Shown here piece by piece: positions 49,712-60,388 of a stretch of 64,000 nt of DNA. Position 1 is the stretch's first letter; each line of letters starts with the position of its first letter. The stretch is from assembly GCA_964433845.1 (NCBI GenBank), contig CAYSTA010000003.1:600-64599 (forward strand), written 5' to 3'. Both the position numbers and the translations under genes were made by a program. A model generated the notes under the pieces. It ran no database searches and was not told the DNA's origin. It saw only the letters and a list, made by a program, of their open reading frames with translations. This stretch comes from an uncultured Flavobacteriaceae bacterium (lineage in GTDB: Bacteria; Bacteroidota; Bacteroidia; Flavobacteriales; Flavobacteriaceae).

Positions 49712-52107
49712 AAAAAATCAGGATATTTTTTTGGATCGTATTCATTCATTATTTCATATGATTTTTCAACAATATCATCAATAGATGGTTTTGAAAAATA
49801 ATCCCCATCGGTTCCATAAGCAGGTCTATGTGATTTTGCAGTTAATGTAATGGGATTACTGTCTAATAAATCAAAAGCATTCTGATCCTCAATTATTTTT
49901 TGTAAAATATATGCAGAAGCTCCTCCAGGAAGATCCTCGTCTACAATAACTAATTTATTTGTCTTTTTTAAACTTTCTCTAATATTATTTTCAGTATCAA
50001 ACGGAATTAATGTTTGTAAATCAATTATTTCTATATCAATATCTAATTTCTCAAGTTCTATAGATGCCTTTTCTACAAGCCTTAGGGTAGATCCATATGA
50101 AACTATAGAAATATCTTTACCCTTTCTTAAAACTTCTGATTTGCCTAATAAAACAGTAAATTTGGATAAATTTGTAGGTTCCTTTTCCTTTAATCTATAT
50201 CCATTTAAGGATTCTATCAGAATAGCTGGTTCTTCACACTTCAATAAAGTATTATACATTCCAGAAGCCTGAACCATATTTCTAGGCACAAGTATATTAA
50301 TTCCTCTTAAAGTAGATAGTAAAGCTCCCATTGGTGATCCAGAATGCCAAATACCTTCTAATCTATGTCCTCTTGTACGTATAATTAAAGGAGCAATTTG
50401 TTTTCCAAATGTTCTATAATGTAAAGTAGCTAAATCATCACTTAAAATTTGTAATCCATATAAAACATAATCTAAATATTGAATTTCAGCAATTGGACGA
50501 AGTCCTCTTAAAGACAAACCAATACCTTCCCCAATAATTGATGTTTCTCTAATTCCTCTATCTCCAACTCTTTCTTCACCATAAATTTCTTGCAAACCTT
50601 CTAAACCCTGATTAACATCACCAATTTTACCTGAATCCTCACCAAAAATTAATAAATTATCATATAGTTTTAAAAGTTCCTTAAAGTTGTTTCTAAGTAC
50701 AATTCTTCCATCTACTTTTTTTGAATCATCATACAGTGGTTTTATTTCTTTAACACTTTCTGCATTAGTAGAAGATTCATTATAAAGTTTTGAACTATAT
50801 TTATTTTGATTTAAACTAGTAAAATTATTAATCCAATTTTTTAGTAAGTTTATGTTATCACTTTTTTGATTTACTAACATCCTTAAAACTTTTCTTGATG
50901 TTGATAATAGATCTTTATTGTTAGGTTCTTTAATTCTATCTAGATTTTGTATAATATCATTAATTTCAAACTCTTTATACTCATAATTTAAAGAGGATAA
51001 TATTTCTAAAAGACCTAGTCTTGATTTAAGGATAGGTTCTTGATATGTATTCCATGCTTCAGTTTTAGCATTTTTTACTTCTTCTTTAGATTTTTTTTCT
51101 ATGATTTCTAATTCTAGTTCAGTTGCAATGTTATTTTTCAGTATCCATTCTCTCATTTTTAAATTACAATCATTATTCTTTTCCCAAATTAATCTTTCCT
51201 CAGGCTTATATCTTTCATGTGAACCTGATGTGGAATGTCCAATAGGCTGAGTAAGTTCTTTTACATGAATTAATACAGGTATGTGTTGTTTTCTAGCAAT
51301 ATCATTAGCTTTTTGATAAGTATTAATTAAATTTGGATAGTCCCATCCATTTACTGATAGTATTTCAAACCCTTCACTATTATTTGATCTTTGAAAACCA
51401 GAAAGTGCATCAGAAATGCTTTGTTTTATGGTCTGATCTTTGTTCTCTACAGATATTCCATAATTATCATCCCACACACTAATAACCATTGGCACTTGAT
51501 GAACACCAGCAGCATTTAATACTTCAAAAAACATTCCCTCACTTGTACTAGCGTTTCCTATAGTTCCCCATGCAATTTCATTCCCTTCATTGGAAAATTT
51601 ATTATTAGTTTTAAATTTTCTATACAATTTTGATGCATGAGCTAATCCAAGTAATCTAGGCATCTGTGAAGCAGTACATGAAACATCTGAACTAGAATTC
51701 TTTTGATTAACTAGATTTTTCCAAGATCCATCTTCATTCAAACTTGCAGTACTAAAATGTGCACCCATTTGTCTACCAGCTGACATAGGTTCTTCATTTA
51801 TGTCAGTATTCGCATATAAACCAGAAAACAATTGTTTTGGAGTCAATTCATTTATAGCCATCATAAAGGTTTGATCACGATAATAACCAGATCTAAAATC
51901 ACCTTTTTGAAAAACCTTTGCTAATGCTATTTGGGGTAATTCTTTGCCATCACCAAATATTCCAAATTTTGCTTTTCCACTTAGAACTTCCCTTCTTCCT
52001 AGTAAACTAGCTTCTCTACTTGATACTATAAGTTTGTAATCATCTAAGACCTGTTCTTTGAAGGATTCAAAAGAAATTTCTTTATTAAGATCTAGATTAG
52101 TTTGCAT
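49708..52107 (-). CDS. fused alpha/beta E1 component of a 2-oxoacid (branched-chain/pyruvate-type) dehydrogenase, TPP-dependent
   Basis: 799 aa. The N-terminal half resembles E1-alpha (TPP-binding, GTIGNASTSEGMFFE.LN) and the C-terminal half resembles E1-beta (FGEDSG..GDVNQG...; IRTRGHRLEGIWHSGSP). There is no E2 gene in this window. Confidence 0.85.
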   Translation of the reverse strand: MQTNLDLNKEISFESFKEQVLDDYKLIVSSREASLLGRREVLSGKAKFGIFGDGKELPQIALAKVFQKGDFRSGYYRDQTFMMAINELTPKQLFSGLYANTDINEEPMSAGRQMGAHFSTASLNEDGSWKNLVNQKNSSSDVSCTASQMPRLLGLAHASKLYRKFKTNNKFSNEGNEIAWGTIGNASTSEGMFFEVLNAAGVHQVPMVISVWDDNYGISVENKDQTIKQSISDALSGFQRSNNSEGFEILSVNGWDYPNLINTYQKANDIARKQHIPVLIHVKELTQPIGHSTSGSHERYKPEERLIWEKNNDCNLKMREWILKNNIATELELEIIEKKSKEEVKNAKTEAWNTYQEPILKSRLGLLEILSSLNYEYKEFEINDIIQNLDRIKEPNNKDLLSTSRKVLRMLVNQKSDNINLLKNWINNFTSLNQNKYSSKLYNESSTNAESVKEIKPLYDDSKKVDGRIVLRNNFKELLKLYDNLLIFGEDSGKIGDVNQGLEGLQEIYGEERVGDRGIRETSIIGEGIGLSLRGLRPIAEIQYLDYVLYGLQILSDDLATLHYRTFGKQIAPLIIRTRGHRLEGIWHSGSPMGALLSTLRGINILVPRNMVQASGMYNTLLKCEEPAILIESLNGYRLKEKEPTNLSKFTVLLGKSEVLRKGKDISIVSYGSTLRLVEKASIELEKLDIDIEIIDLQTLIPFDTENNIRESLKKTNKLVIVDEDLPGGASAYILQKIIEDQNAFDLLDSNPITLTAKSHRPAYGTDGDYFSKPSIDDIVEKSYEIMNEYDPKKYPDFF

Positions 52108-52123
52108 AATGTTTAAGGGGCCT

Positions 52124-52131
52124 CAAATTTA
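52124..52131 (-). promoter_or_regulatory. candidate -7 box (TAAATTTG) for the fused E1 gene
   Basis: The plus strand reads CAAATTTA, 17 nt upstream of the ATG at 52107. Confidence 0.45.
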
Positions 52132-52159
52132 AGAAAAATAGAGTTTTTTTCCTAAATAA

Positions 52160-55054
52160 TTAGAACCATCTTCTAGTAAATAATCCTGAAACAGTATTTG
52201 GATCAAAAGTAATTTTAAACCTAATTTTTTCAGAATAATTAGAATGTTTTAATTCATTTCCTAAAGAAGAATAAAAAGGAAAATATAATTCAAAATAATC
52301 AGTGAGAATATTCAGTCTAATTCCTGAATCATAAACTGTCTTCATACTTATATTTTTATTTTTTATAAATGCGAGATCATAATATCCTTCAACCCATTGC
52401 CATAATGTAATACCTGAATTAAAGGCTATAATCCAATCATTTGAATATGCAGGATTAACTCTTGATTTTAATGCCCCTTCAGATGTAATGAATTGTTGAC
52501 TATAAAAACCTGTAGTTTCTGAACGACCCAATAAATTATAATTAAACATGTAATCTCTAGCTCTATAAGTTGAAAAGCTAAAATAATCATCATCTGTTGA
52601 ATTGTATAAAAACTTTCCAACAAATAATCTAAAATTATACTGTCTATTATCTTTATAATAATTTCTAAACATACCTGTAAATGAAGCTTTAACAAATGAT
52701 TTGTTAATTTGTAAATCAGAATTTAATGTAAAACCTTTTCCTCCATTTGAGTTTGTTATTATATATTTTGTATTGAAAATATTATAGTTAGGATACTTTT
52801 TTTGATCAATATTTTCTTCTCTATAAATACTTACATATCTAAAATTCAAAAATTGTCTAAAATTAGATCTTAAATCTGAATTTCTAAATGTGAATGTTAT
52901 TGAGGGAAAGAAACTGGAATAAGATAAATTTTCTTTATAATGGAATGTGGAACCGCTAATAAAATATTGTGTACTAAACAGCCTTTTATTCTCATTATAT
53001 TTTATATATTTTAAATTCATACTTCCTAAAACCTTATTCTGTTTTGATGAGTAAGATGGTTTTATTTTATAACTAAATGGTTTTTTAATAAGAGTTATAT
53101 TAGTTAACATTACTCCAGGCATTAAACCATCATATAAGTTATAGCCTAATAATGGTATATAATTTAGCTGTTTATTATAAGTGCTTTCAAAATCATTGAA
53201 TAAAATTAGTTTAAATGGTTTCCTGTACTTTTTAAATGATGCTAAATTATTGTTATAATTTCTCTCTGTTATATATTTGTTTTTATTTATTTCTATAAAA
53301 TCATATAGATTTGATTCATATGAAATTATAGTGTCTTTTTCTTTAAGGACAAGCCAATCTTCTTTTAATATCTTATTGTTCTTTAATAAGGACAATTGAA
53401 TTGGTGAATTAGAATTAGAACTATAATAATTCGATAATTTAAAATATGTTAGTTTATTTGACTCATTAATTTTCTTAATTGTAAAATCCTTAAATGATTT
53501 TCTTTTTAAAAAATCATTAAAAAACCAATTAGAATTATAACTAGAGTTTTTTTCTATAATTTCTTGAAAAGTAATCGGATTATTATTTACTAAATTATTT
53601 TTTTGATAATACTCTCTTATTGAATTATCTATTATTTCTTTATTTATGGTTTTAGATAACATCTTTATTCCTAATCCTGTTTTGTAAGGATTGATAATTT
53701 TTTGATTTATCCTTGTCAAGGAATCTAATGATAAGCCAATGGGTTGATTAATATTTCTACTTGAAATAATATTCTCAAATAAACGGTATTGTTCATTAAA
53801 GGAATATTTAGCATAATTTCTATTTTTTAATATTTTTAAATCACTATATTTTCCTATTAGCTTTAATTCTGGATAATATGTATCTATATAATCCATTAAT
53901 AAATAAATCACAATTCCTTCAACTTCCCAATAATTTTTTCTCTTGTGTAAGGAAATAGATTCTTCTATATATGTATGTAAAAATTCTTTTAAAAAATTAA
54001 ATTCAAAAAGGAATGATTGATCAAATGGACTTATAATCTTAGGCAGATTGTTAATTCCATAAATTGGTCTTCTAGATTGATTTTTTCTAGAAACAACGAT
54101 TTTATTAAATGGGTAATTGCCTATTTTTTTTTCAGCATAATTAAATATTTTAGTTATTATTGAATCTTTCTCTATAATGTGATTATTTATTTTATTTAGA
54201 GGTATTTTATTGCCAGTTTTATCATCAACATATGATAATAGTTTATTAATAAGTGAATCAGATTTATCTTCATAATTATCAATGTCTGAATATACTTTAA
54301 TGTTATTTATTACATATTCAACATAGTTTGACTTCTTGGTAAGAATCAGGTTTGAATTTTTTCTAATCTCTTTTATAGAAATAAAGTTTTTTATGTTTAA
54401 GTCTTCGTTGAATTTAATTTGATTTATATCAGAAATTAAATCATATTCTTTAGGATAAGTAATATTGAATTTAAAATATGCAGGGTCATGAGAAAGATCA
54501 TTTAAGTCCAAATTACTTTCTTTAATCCATTTATTTTCCTTGATTTTAGAAAAAGTAAAATACCAATCTCTTATATTAATTTCACCGGATTTATCAATAC
54601 CATATCCAGTAAAATTATTATCAGGTATTATTATTTCATAATTAATATTAAAACTAATAGAATCTCCTTTTTTTAATGGTTTAATAAGATTTATCTTAAT
54701 TAAATCTATATTATTTACAGGTCTTGAGAAATCAAAATTATAATTATCCTGATATATTTTTTTTATAACTGTTGAACCTCTTTGATTTTTTGTAGATCTT
54801 TGAAAAGCTAAAGAATATTCTTCGGAAAGTCTATATCCTAGATTTGATTTTGAGTTTGAATAAGAGTTTGCCCAATCATTCAATATTAAATGATTTAATT
54901 CAATATCATATTTGTTAAAAAAGAGTAACTTTTGTTTGATTTTAATCTTTTTATTTTCAATATCAAAATCAGCTATTATATTATATTCATGTTCCTGTGA
55001 ATATGTTTTAATGGATGATAATATTATTATTGATAATAAAATGAAGAATCTCAT
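52160..55054 (-). CDS. large secreted or outer-membrane protein of unknown function, with a gluzincin (M1/MA-clan)-like motif in which the first Zn ligand is Lys
   Basis: 964 aa with a signal peptide. It has KEFLH-x18-E within ...WEVEG (residues ~356-380). The Tyr/Asn/Phe-rich C-terminal third ends in RRWF, as in beta-barrel outer-membrane proteins. The coding call is secure; the function is not. Confidence 0.45.
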   Translation of the reverse strand: MRFFILLSIIILSSIKTYSQEHEYNIIADFDIENKKIKIKQKLLFFNKYDIELNHLILNDWANSYSNSKSNLGYRLSEEYSLAFQRSTKNQRGSTVIKKIYQDNYNFDFSRPVNNIDLIKINLIKPLKKGDSISFNINYEIIIPDNNFTGYGIDKSGEINIRDWYFTFSKIKENKWIKESNLDLNDLSHDPAYFKFNITYPKEYDLISDINQIKFNEDLNIKNFISIKEIRKNSNLILTKKSNYVEYVINNIKVYSDIDNYEDKSDSLINKLLSYVDDKTGNKIPLNKINNHIIEKDSIITKIFNYAEKKIGNYPFNKIVVSRKNQSRRPIYGINNLPKIISPFDQSFLFEFNFLKEFLHTYIEESISLHKRKNYWEVEGIVIYLLMDYIDTYYPELKLIGKYSDLKILKNRNYAKYSFNEQYRLFENIISSRNINQPIGLSLDSLTRINQKIINPYKTGLGIKMLSKTINKEIIDNSIREYYQKNNLVNNNPITFQEIIEKNSSYNSNWFFNDFLKRKSFKDFTIKKINESNKLTYFKLSNYYSSNSNSPIQLSLLKNNKILKEDWLVLKEKDTIISYESNLYDFIEINKNKYITERNYNNNLASFKKYRKPFKLILFNDFESTYNKQLNYIPLLGYNLYDGLMPGVMLTNITLIKKPFSYKIKPSYSSKQNKVLGSMNLKYIKYNENKRLFSTQYFISGSTFHYKENLSYSSFFPSITFTFRNSDLRSNFRQFLNFRYVSIYREENIDQKKYPNYNIFNTKYIITNSNGGKGFTLNSDLQINKSFVKASFTGMFRNYYKDNRQYNFRLFVGKFLYNSTDDDYFSFSTYRARDYMFNYNLLGRSETTGFYSQQFITSEGALKSRVNPAYSNDWIIAFNSGITLWQWVEGYYDLAFIKNKNISMKTVYDSGIRLNILTDYFELYFPFYSSLGNELKHSNYSEKIRFKITFDPNTVSGLFTRRWF

Positions 55055-55072
55055 GAAAGAAACTTTAATTAA

Positions 55073-55759
55073 TCAAAAATTAGGTCTTATTGATTTTTTA
55101 TTGTAGAAATCAGAAAGAATTTTAATTACATCATCAGAAGAATCAACAATAGAAATCAGGTCTAATTCTTTGGCTGATATGTAGTTGTATTTCAAAACTA
55201 ATTCTTCTTTTATCCAATTATAACATTTATTCCAAAATTCCGATCCAACTAAAATAATAGGAAATCTTTCAGCTTTTTTTGTTTGAATTAGTGTAAGTGC
55301 TTCAAAAAGTTCATCAAGAGTTCCAAAACCTCCAGGCATTACAACAAATCCTTGAGAATATTTAATAAACATTACTTTTCTTACGAAGAAATAATCAAAA
55401 TCAAGAGATTTATCTTCATCAATATATGGGTTGTCATGTTGTTCAAATGGGAGTTCAATATTAAGACCTACTGAGGATCCTAAAGCTTCCTTAGCACCTT
55501 TATTAGCAGCTTCCATAACACCAGGTCCTCCACCAGTTATAACACCAAATCCAAGGTTTACAATCTTTTTAGCAATTTCCGTTGTTAAATTATAATAAGT
55601 GTCGTTAGAATCGGTTCTCGCAGATCCAAAAATTGACACACATGGGCCAATTTTACTCATTTTTTCATATCCATCAACAAATTCCCCCATAATCTTAAAA
55701 ACAGACCATGAATCATTCGTTTTTATTTCATTCCAATTTTTTAAATCTTTTCTATGCAT
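55073..55759 (-). CDS. LOG-family protein (TIGR00730, nucleotide 5'-monophosphate nucleosidase-like)
   Basis: 228 aa with the two LOG motifs GGGPGVMEA and PGGFGTLDELFE. Confidence 0.87.
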   Translation of the reverse strand: MHRKDLKNWNEIKTNDSWSVFKIMGEFVDGYEKMSKIGPCVSIFGSARTDSNDTYYNLTTEIAKKIVNLGFGVITGGGPGVMEAANKGAKEALGSSVGLNIELPFEQHDNPYIDEDKSLDFDYFFVRKVMFIKYSQGFVVMPGGFGTLDELFEALTLIQTKKAERFPIILVGSEFWNKCYNWIKEELVLKYNYISAKELDLISIVDSSDDVIKILSDFYNKKSIRPNF

Positions 55760-55762
55760 ACA

Positions 55763-58591
55763 CTACATCGAAGTTAATTCTTTTTTTAAATATTCTGATG
55801 TCGGACTTCTTAAGTTTTTTAATAAATCTTCTGGAGACCCACTAAATATAATTTCTCCACCATATTTTCCGCCATTTGGACCAATTTCAATAATATAATC
55901 TACAGTTTTAATTACATCCATATTGTGTTCAATAATTATTATTGAATTTCCCTTATTAGCTAATTTATTTATCATATCTAAGAGAACTTTAATATCCTGA
56001 AAATGAAGCCCTGTTGTGGGTTCATCCAAAATATATAATGTGTTGCCTGTATCTTTTTTTGATAATTCAGTTGCAAGTTTAATTCTTTGAGCTTCTCCAC
56101 CTGATAGAGTAGTGGATTGTTGACCTAAAGTAATATAACCAAGACCAACTTCTTTAATAGTTGCTAGCTTTCTTAAAATTTTTGGATAGTTATTAAAGAA
56201 AATACATGCCTCATTAATTGTCATATTAAGAACATCTGAAATAGATTTTCCTTTATATCTAATTTCTAATGTGTCTCTATTAAATCTTTTTCCATTACAA
56301 TTGTCACAATTTATATAAACATCTGGAAGAAAATTCATTTCTATTTTTTTTAGTCCTGCGCCTTGACAAGTTTCACATCTTCCCCCAATAACATTAAAAC
56401 TGAATCTGCCAGGTTTATATCCTCGAATTAAAGATTCTGGAATCATTGTAAAAAGTGATCTAATATCACTATAAACACCAGTATATGTAGCAGGATTACT
56501 TCTAGGAGTTCTTCCTATAGGAGATTGATTTATCTCAATAACTTTATCAATATGTTCCATGCCTATAATTTTTTTGTAAGGCATAGGTTCCTTAACTCCA
56601 TTAAAAAAGTAATTATTCAATATAGGATACAATGTTTCATTAATAAGTGTAGATTTACCACTACCGGAAACACCTGTTACACCTATAATCATTCCTAAGG
56701 GAAATTCAATATCAATATTCTTTAGATTATTTCCAGTACATCCAGTTAGTTTTAGTTTTTTTTCAGATTTTTGACGTCTTGTTTTAGGAACTTCTATTTT
56801 TTTTGATCCATTTAAATATTGTGATGTTAATGTTTTCTTTTTTATCATTTGATGAAATGATCCTTCAAAAATTATTTCCCCACCGTTTTTACCTGCATTT
56901 GGACCAATATCAATTATATAATCTGATCTTTCCATAATTTCTTTATCATGTTCAACAACAATTATAGAATTCCCAATATCTCTTAAACCTTTTAAAGATT
57001 CAATTAGTTTTGAATTATCTCTTTGATGTAAACCTATACTTGGTTCATCTAAAATATATAATACTCCAACTAATTGAGATCCAATTTGTGTAGCTAATCT
57101 TATTCTTTGTGATTCTCCACCTGAAAGTGACCGAGATGGTCTATCTAATGAAAGATAATCTAGTCCAACATTTAATAAAAAGTTTAATCTTTTATTTAAT
57201 TCTTTAATAATTTCAGCGCCTATTATTTTTTTTCTTTTATTGAGTTTTGATTCAATTTCAGAGAACCAATCTTTTAAAACAATAATATCCATTTTACATA
57301 AGTCTGTAATACTTTTTGAATCTATGTAATAATGCATTGATTCTCTGTTAAGTCTAGATCCTAAACAAGTAGAACATTCTACCTTATCCATAAATCCTTT
57401 TGCCCATCTTTTTATTCTAGAAGAATGATTCTCATTATATTGACTTTCAATAAATGGAATAATTCCTTCAAAATCAATTTGATATTTTCTTGTTAAGCCT
57501 AATGTTTTTGATTCAACTGAAAAAGTTTCATTTCCTCCATATAAAATTATATTAAATGCTTCTTGAGGAATCTTTTTAATTGAATCTTTTAAGCTAAAAT
57601 TATATCTTTTAGCTATTGCCTCGAGTTGTTTAAAAATCCAAGAATTTTTATAGGTTCCAATTGCAATAATTCCACCTGCATATATTGAAATATTTTTATC
57701 CGGAATAATACTTTCTATATTAATTTGATTTACTGTCCCAAGACCATTACATTTATTACACATCCCTTTGGGAGAGTTAAATGAAAATGAATTTGGTTCA
57801 GGTTGTTCGTAAGAAATTCCAGATTTAGGACAAACCAAGTTTCTACTAAAGTATTTTGTACTATTATCTTCCTCATTAATAACTATTAATGACTCATTTC
57901 CGTGATACAATGCAGTTAATACACTTTCCTTTAATCTTTTTAAAGACGATTTATTGTTTTCAACTAATAATCTATCCACAACTATTTCAATATCATGTAT
58001 CCTATATCGGTCAAGTTTAAGATTTGAAACAAGATCTTTAATCTCCCCATCAATTCTAACTTTTACAAATCCTTGTTTTCTAATAGTAACGAATAATTCT
58101 CTATAATGTCCCTTTCTAGCTTTTATTACTGGGGAAAGAATGGTAATTTTTCTATTAATGTAATTCTCTAATATTAATTCAATTATCTCATCATCATTAT
58201 AACTTATCATTTTTTCATGAGAAACATAACTATATGCATCAGCTATTCTTGAGTAAAGTAGTCTTAAATAATCATAAATTTCTGTTATTGTTCCAACAGT
58301 TGATCTAGGATTTTTTGATGTTGTCTTTTGCTCTATAGCTATTACTGGAGATAAACCGTCTATTTTATCTACATCAGGTCTTTCTAACCCACCTATAAAG
58401 TTTCTGGCATATGCAGAAAAGGTTTCTATATATCTTCTTTGTCCTTCAGCATAAATTGTATCAAAAGCTAAAGATGATTTTCCGCTTCCAGAAATTCCAG
58501 TAATAACAACTAACTTATTTCTTGGTATGTTTAAATCAATATTTTTTAGATTATGAGCTTTTGCTCCATTGATTGAAATTACATCATTCAT
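55763..58591 (-). CDS. uvrA: excinuclease ABC subunit A
   Basis: 942 aa. Two ABC modules (GISGSGKSS and GVSGSGKST; LSGGESQR and LSGGEAQR) and zinc-finger Cys pairs (CNKCNGLG, CSTCLGSR, CETCQGAG...CDNCNGKR). Confidence 0.97.
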   Translation of the reverse strand: MNDVISINGAKAHNLKNIDLNIPRNKLVVITGISGSGKSSLAFDTIYAEGQRRYIETFSAYARNFIGGLERPDVDKIDGLSPVIAIEQKTTSKNPRSTVGTITEIYDYLRLLYSRIADAYSYVSHEKMISYNDDEIIELILENYINRKITILSPVIKARKGHYRELFVTIRKQGFVKVRIDGEIKDLVSNLKLDRYRIHDIEIVVDRLLVENNKSSLKRLKESVLTALYHGNESLIVINEEDNSTKYFSRNLVCPKSGISYEQPEPNSFSFNSPKGMCNKCNGLGTVNQINIESIIPDKNISIYAGGIIAIGTYKNSWIFKQLEAIAKRYNFSLKDSIKKIPQEAFNIILYGGNETFSVESKTLGLTRKYQIDFEGIIPFIESQYNENHSSRIKRWAKGFMDKVECSTCLGSRLNRESMHYYIDSKSITDLCKMDIIVLKDWFSEIESKLNKRKKIIGAEIIKELNKRLNFLLNVGLDYLSLDRPSRSLSGGESQRIRLATQIGSQLVGVLYILDEPSIGLHQRDNSKLIESLKGLRDIGNSIIVVEHDKEIMERSDYIIDIGPNAGKNGGEIIFEGSFHQMIKKKTLTSQYLNGSKKIEVPKTRRQKSEKKLKLTGCTGNNLKNIDIEFPLGMIIGVTGVSGSGKSTLINETLYPILNNYFFNGVKEPMPYKKIIGMEHIDKVIEINQSPIGRTPRSNPATYTGVYSDIRSLFTMIPESLIRGYKPGRFSFNVIGGRCETCQGAGLKKIEMNFLPDVYINCDNCNGKRFNRDTLEIRYKGKSISDVLNMTINEACIFFNNYPKILRKLATIKEVGLGYITLGQQSTTLSGGEAQRIKLATELSKKDTGNTLYILDEPTTGLHFQDIKVLLDMINKLANKGNSIIIIEHNMDVIKTVDYIIEIGPNGGKYGGEIIFSGSPEDLLKNLRSPTSEYLKKELTSM

Positions 58592-58652
58592 TTAAAAAAA
58601 ATCAAACATGCAATTTACGATTTTTACAGCAGTTTTAAGTTCTATATACAAA

Positions 58653-60332
58653 CTAATATCCTATAGATTTATCGTCACCTCTTTTATCTGCAGCTCCAAA
58701 TATAACTCCATCTTTATTAACATGAATAGCATCAACTCTTCCAATAGAACTAGGATAATTATTTAAGTAATATCCTTTTTCTAGTAGTGACTCCTTGTCT
58801 TTATTAATTATTGCTTTAGATTCATAATAAATTAAATCGGGCAGCCATAGGTGGTAAAATCTTGGTGAGTTTACAGCTTTATTAATATTAAAATTAAAAT
58901 CTTCAAAGTTTAATATAGTTTGCAAAACAGATGTAATAATAGTTGGTCCTCCTGGACTACCTAAAACTAAGTGCAATTTGTTATTTTTTTCAACAATAGT
59001 AGGGGTCATTGAGCTTAACATTCTTTTATTAGGCTCAATAGAGTTTATTTCTCCACCAGTTAGGCCAAACATATTTGGAACACCTGGTTTAATTGAAAAA
59101 TCATCCATTTCATTATTCAGAAAAAACCCTAAATTAGGCGGGAAGATTTTAGAACCATAATTTCCATTTAAAGTTGTAGTAACTGAAACAGCATTTCCAA
59201 ACCTATCAACTATTGAATAATGTGTGGTCTCCTCACTTTCTTTAAAATTAATTTTACCAGGATTTATAGATTCTGACTTAGTAGAATTATCAAACGAGAA
59301 GTTGTTCATTCTATCAGAAAGATAGTTTTTTGAAAGCAATTCATTTATAGGTATATAATTAAAATCAGGATCTCCAAGATATTCACTTCTGTCAGCAAAT
59401 GCTCTGCGTTCTGCTTCAACTAATAATTGAATGTATTTAATACTATTGTGATTAAATTGTGAAACATCAAAAGGTTCAATCATTTTAAAAATTTGTCCCA
59501 AAACTATTCCTCCAGAAGATGGAGGGCCCATTGAAATTATATTAAGATCCTTATATTTAAAAGTTACTGGTTTTCTCCACACAGCTTTATAATTTTCAAA
59601 ATCTTTTTCTCTAAGAATCCCATTTCTTTTATTCACATATTCAATAATTTCTTTACTTATAGATCCTTTATAAAACTCATCTCTTCCATTTTTTAAAATT
59701 AATTTTAAAGATTTTGATAAAGATTTATTAATAAATAAATCGCCTTCTTTAAAATCCTTGTTAAATAAGGATATTGAATCATTTAAAGAATTAATTAAAT
59801 TTTTAGAAGAGTTTAATGAATATGCTTGCCTTTTAGTAAGAAAATATCCTTTTTCAGCCAATTCAATTGCTGGTGCAAAAAGGGTTTCTAAAGGTAAGGA
59901 TCCAAATTTATCATAAACTTCAAATAAGCCAGCAACTGTGCCTGGAATTCCAATAGCTAAGGATCCATCTATACTTAACCCTTTTATTTCATTTCCTTCT
60001 TCATCTAAGTACATATTCTTAGTTGATAGACTAGGAGATTTTTCTCTATAGTCTAATGAACCTATTGAATGATCAGATAATCTATAAATCATAAAGCCAC
60101 CACCTCCTAAATTACCTGCATTTGGATAAACTACAGACAAAGCTAAATCAGTAGCTATCATTGCATCAAACGCATTACCACCTTGCTTTAATATACTTAT
60201 GCCAGCTTGGGAAGCTTCAACCTTTGCAGAAACAACTACTCCATTTCTATAGCCATCTTCTGGTATATTAGAATCACATGAAAAGAATATAATTGAAGAT
60301 AAAAGTATAAGAATTTTATTTTTAAAGAACAT
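58653..60332 (-). CDS. ggt: gamma-glutamyltransferase
   Basis: 559 aa with a signal/lipoprotein N-terminus. Autoprocessing Thr context EETTHYSIVD, and the small-subunit motifs MSSMTPTIV and GSPGG. Confidence 0.9.
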   Translation of the reverse strand: MFFKNKILILLSSIIFFSCDSNIPEDGYRNGVVVSAKVEASQAGISILKQGGNAFDAMIATDLALSVVYPNAGNLGGGGFMIYRLSDHSIGSLDYREKSPSLSTKNMYLDEEGNEIKGLSIDGSLAIGIPGTVAGLFEVYDKFGSLPLETLFAPAIELAEKGYFLTKRQAYSLNSSKNLINSLNDSISLFNKDFKEGDLFINKSLSKSLKLILKNGRDEFYKGSISKEIIEYVNKRNGILREKDFENYKAVWRKPVTFKYKDLNIISMGPPSSGGIVLGQIFKMIEPFDVSQFNHNSIKYIQLLVEAERRAFADRSEYLGDPDFNYIPINELLSKNYLSDRMNNFSFDNSTKSESINPGKINFKESEETTHYSIVDRFGNAVSVTTTLNGNYGSKIFPPNLGFFLNNEMDDFSIKPGVPNMFGLTGGEINSIEPNKRMLSSMTPTIVEKNNKLHLVLGSPGGPTIITSVLQTILNFEDFNFNINKAVNSPRFYHLWLPDLIYYESKAIINKDKESLLEKGYYLNNYPSSIGRVDAIHVNKDGVIFGAADKRGDDKSIGY

Positions 60333-60388
60333 ATTTAAAATTTGTGTAAATGTAAGTTAAAAAGTTATTCTAATTGTATATTTGTTTT

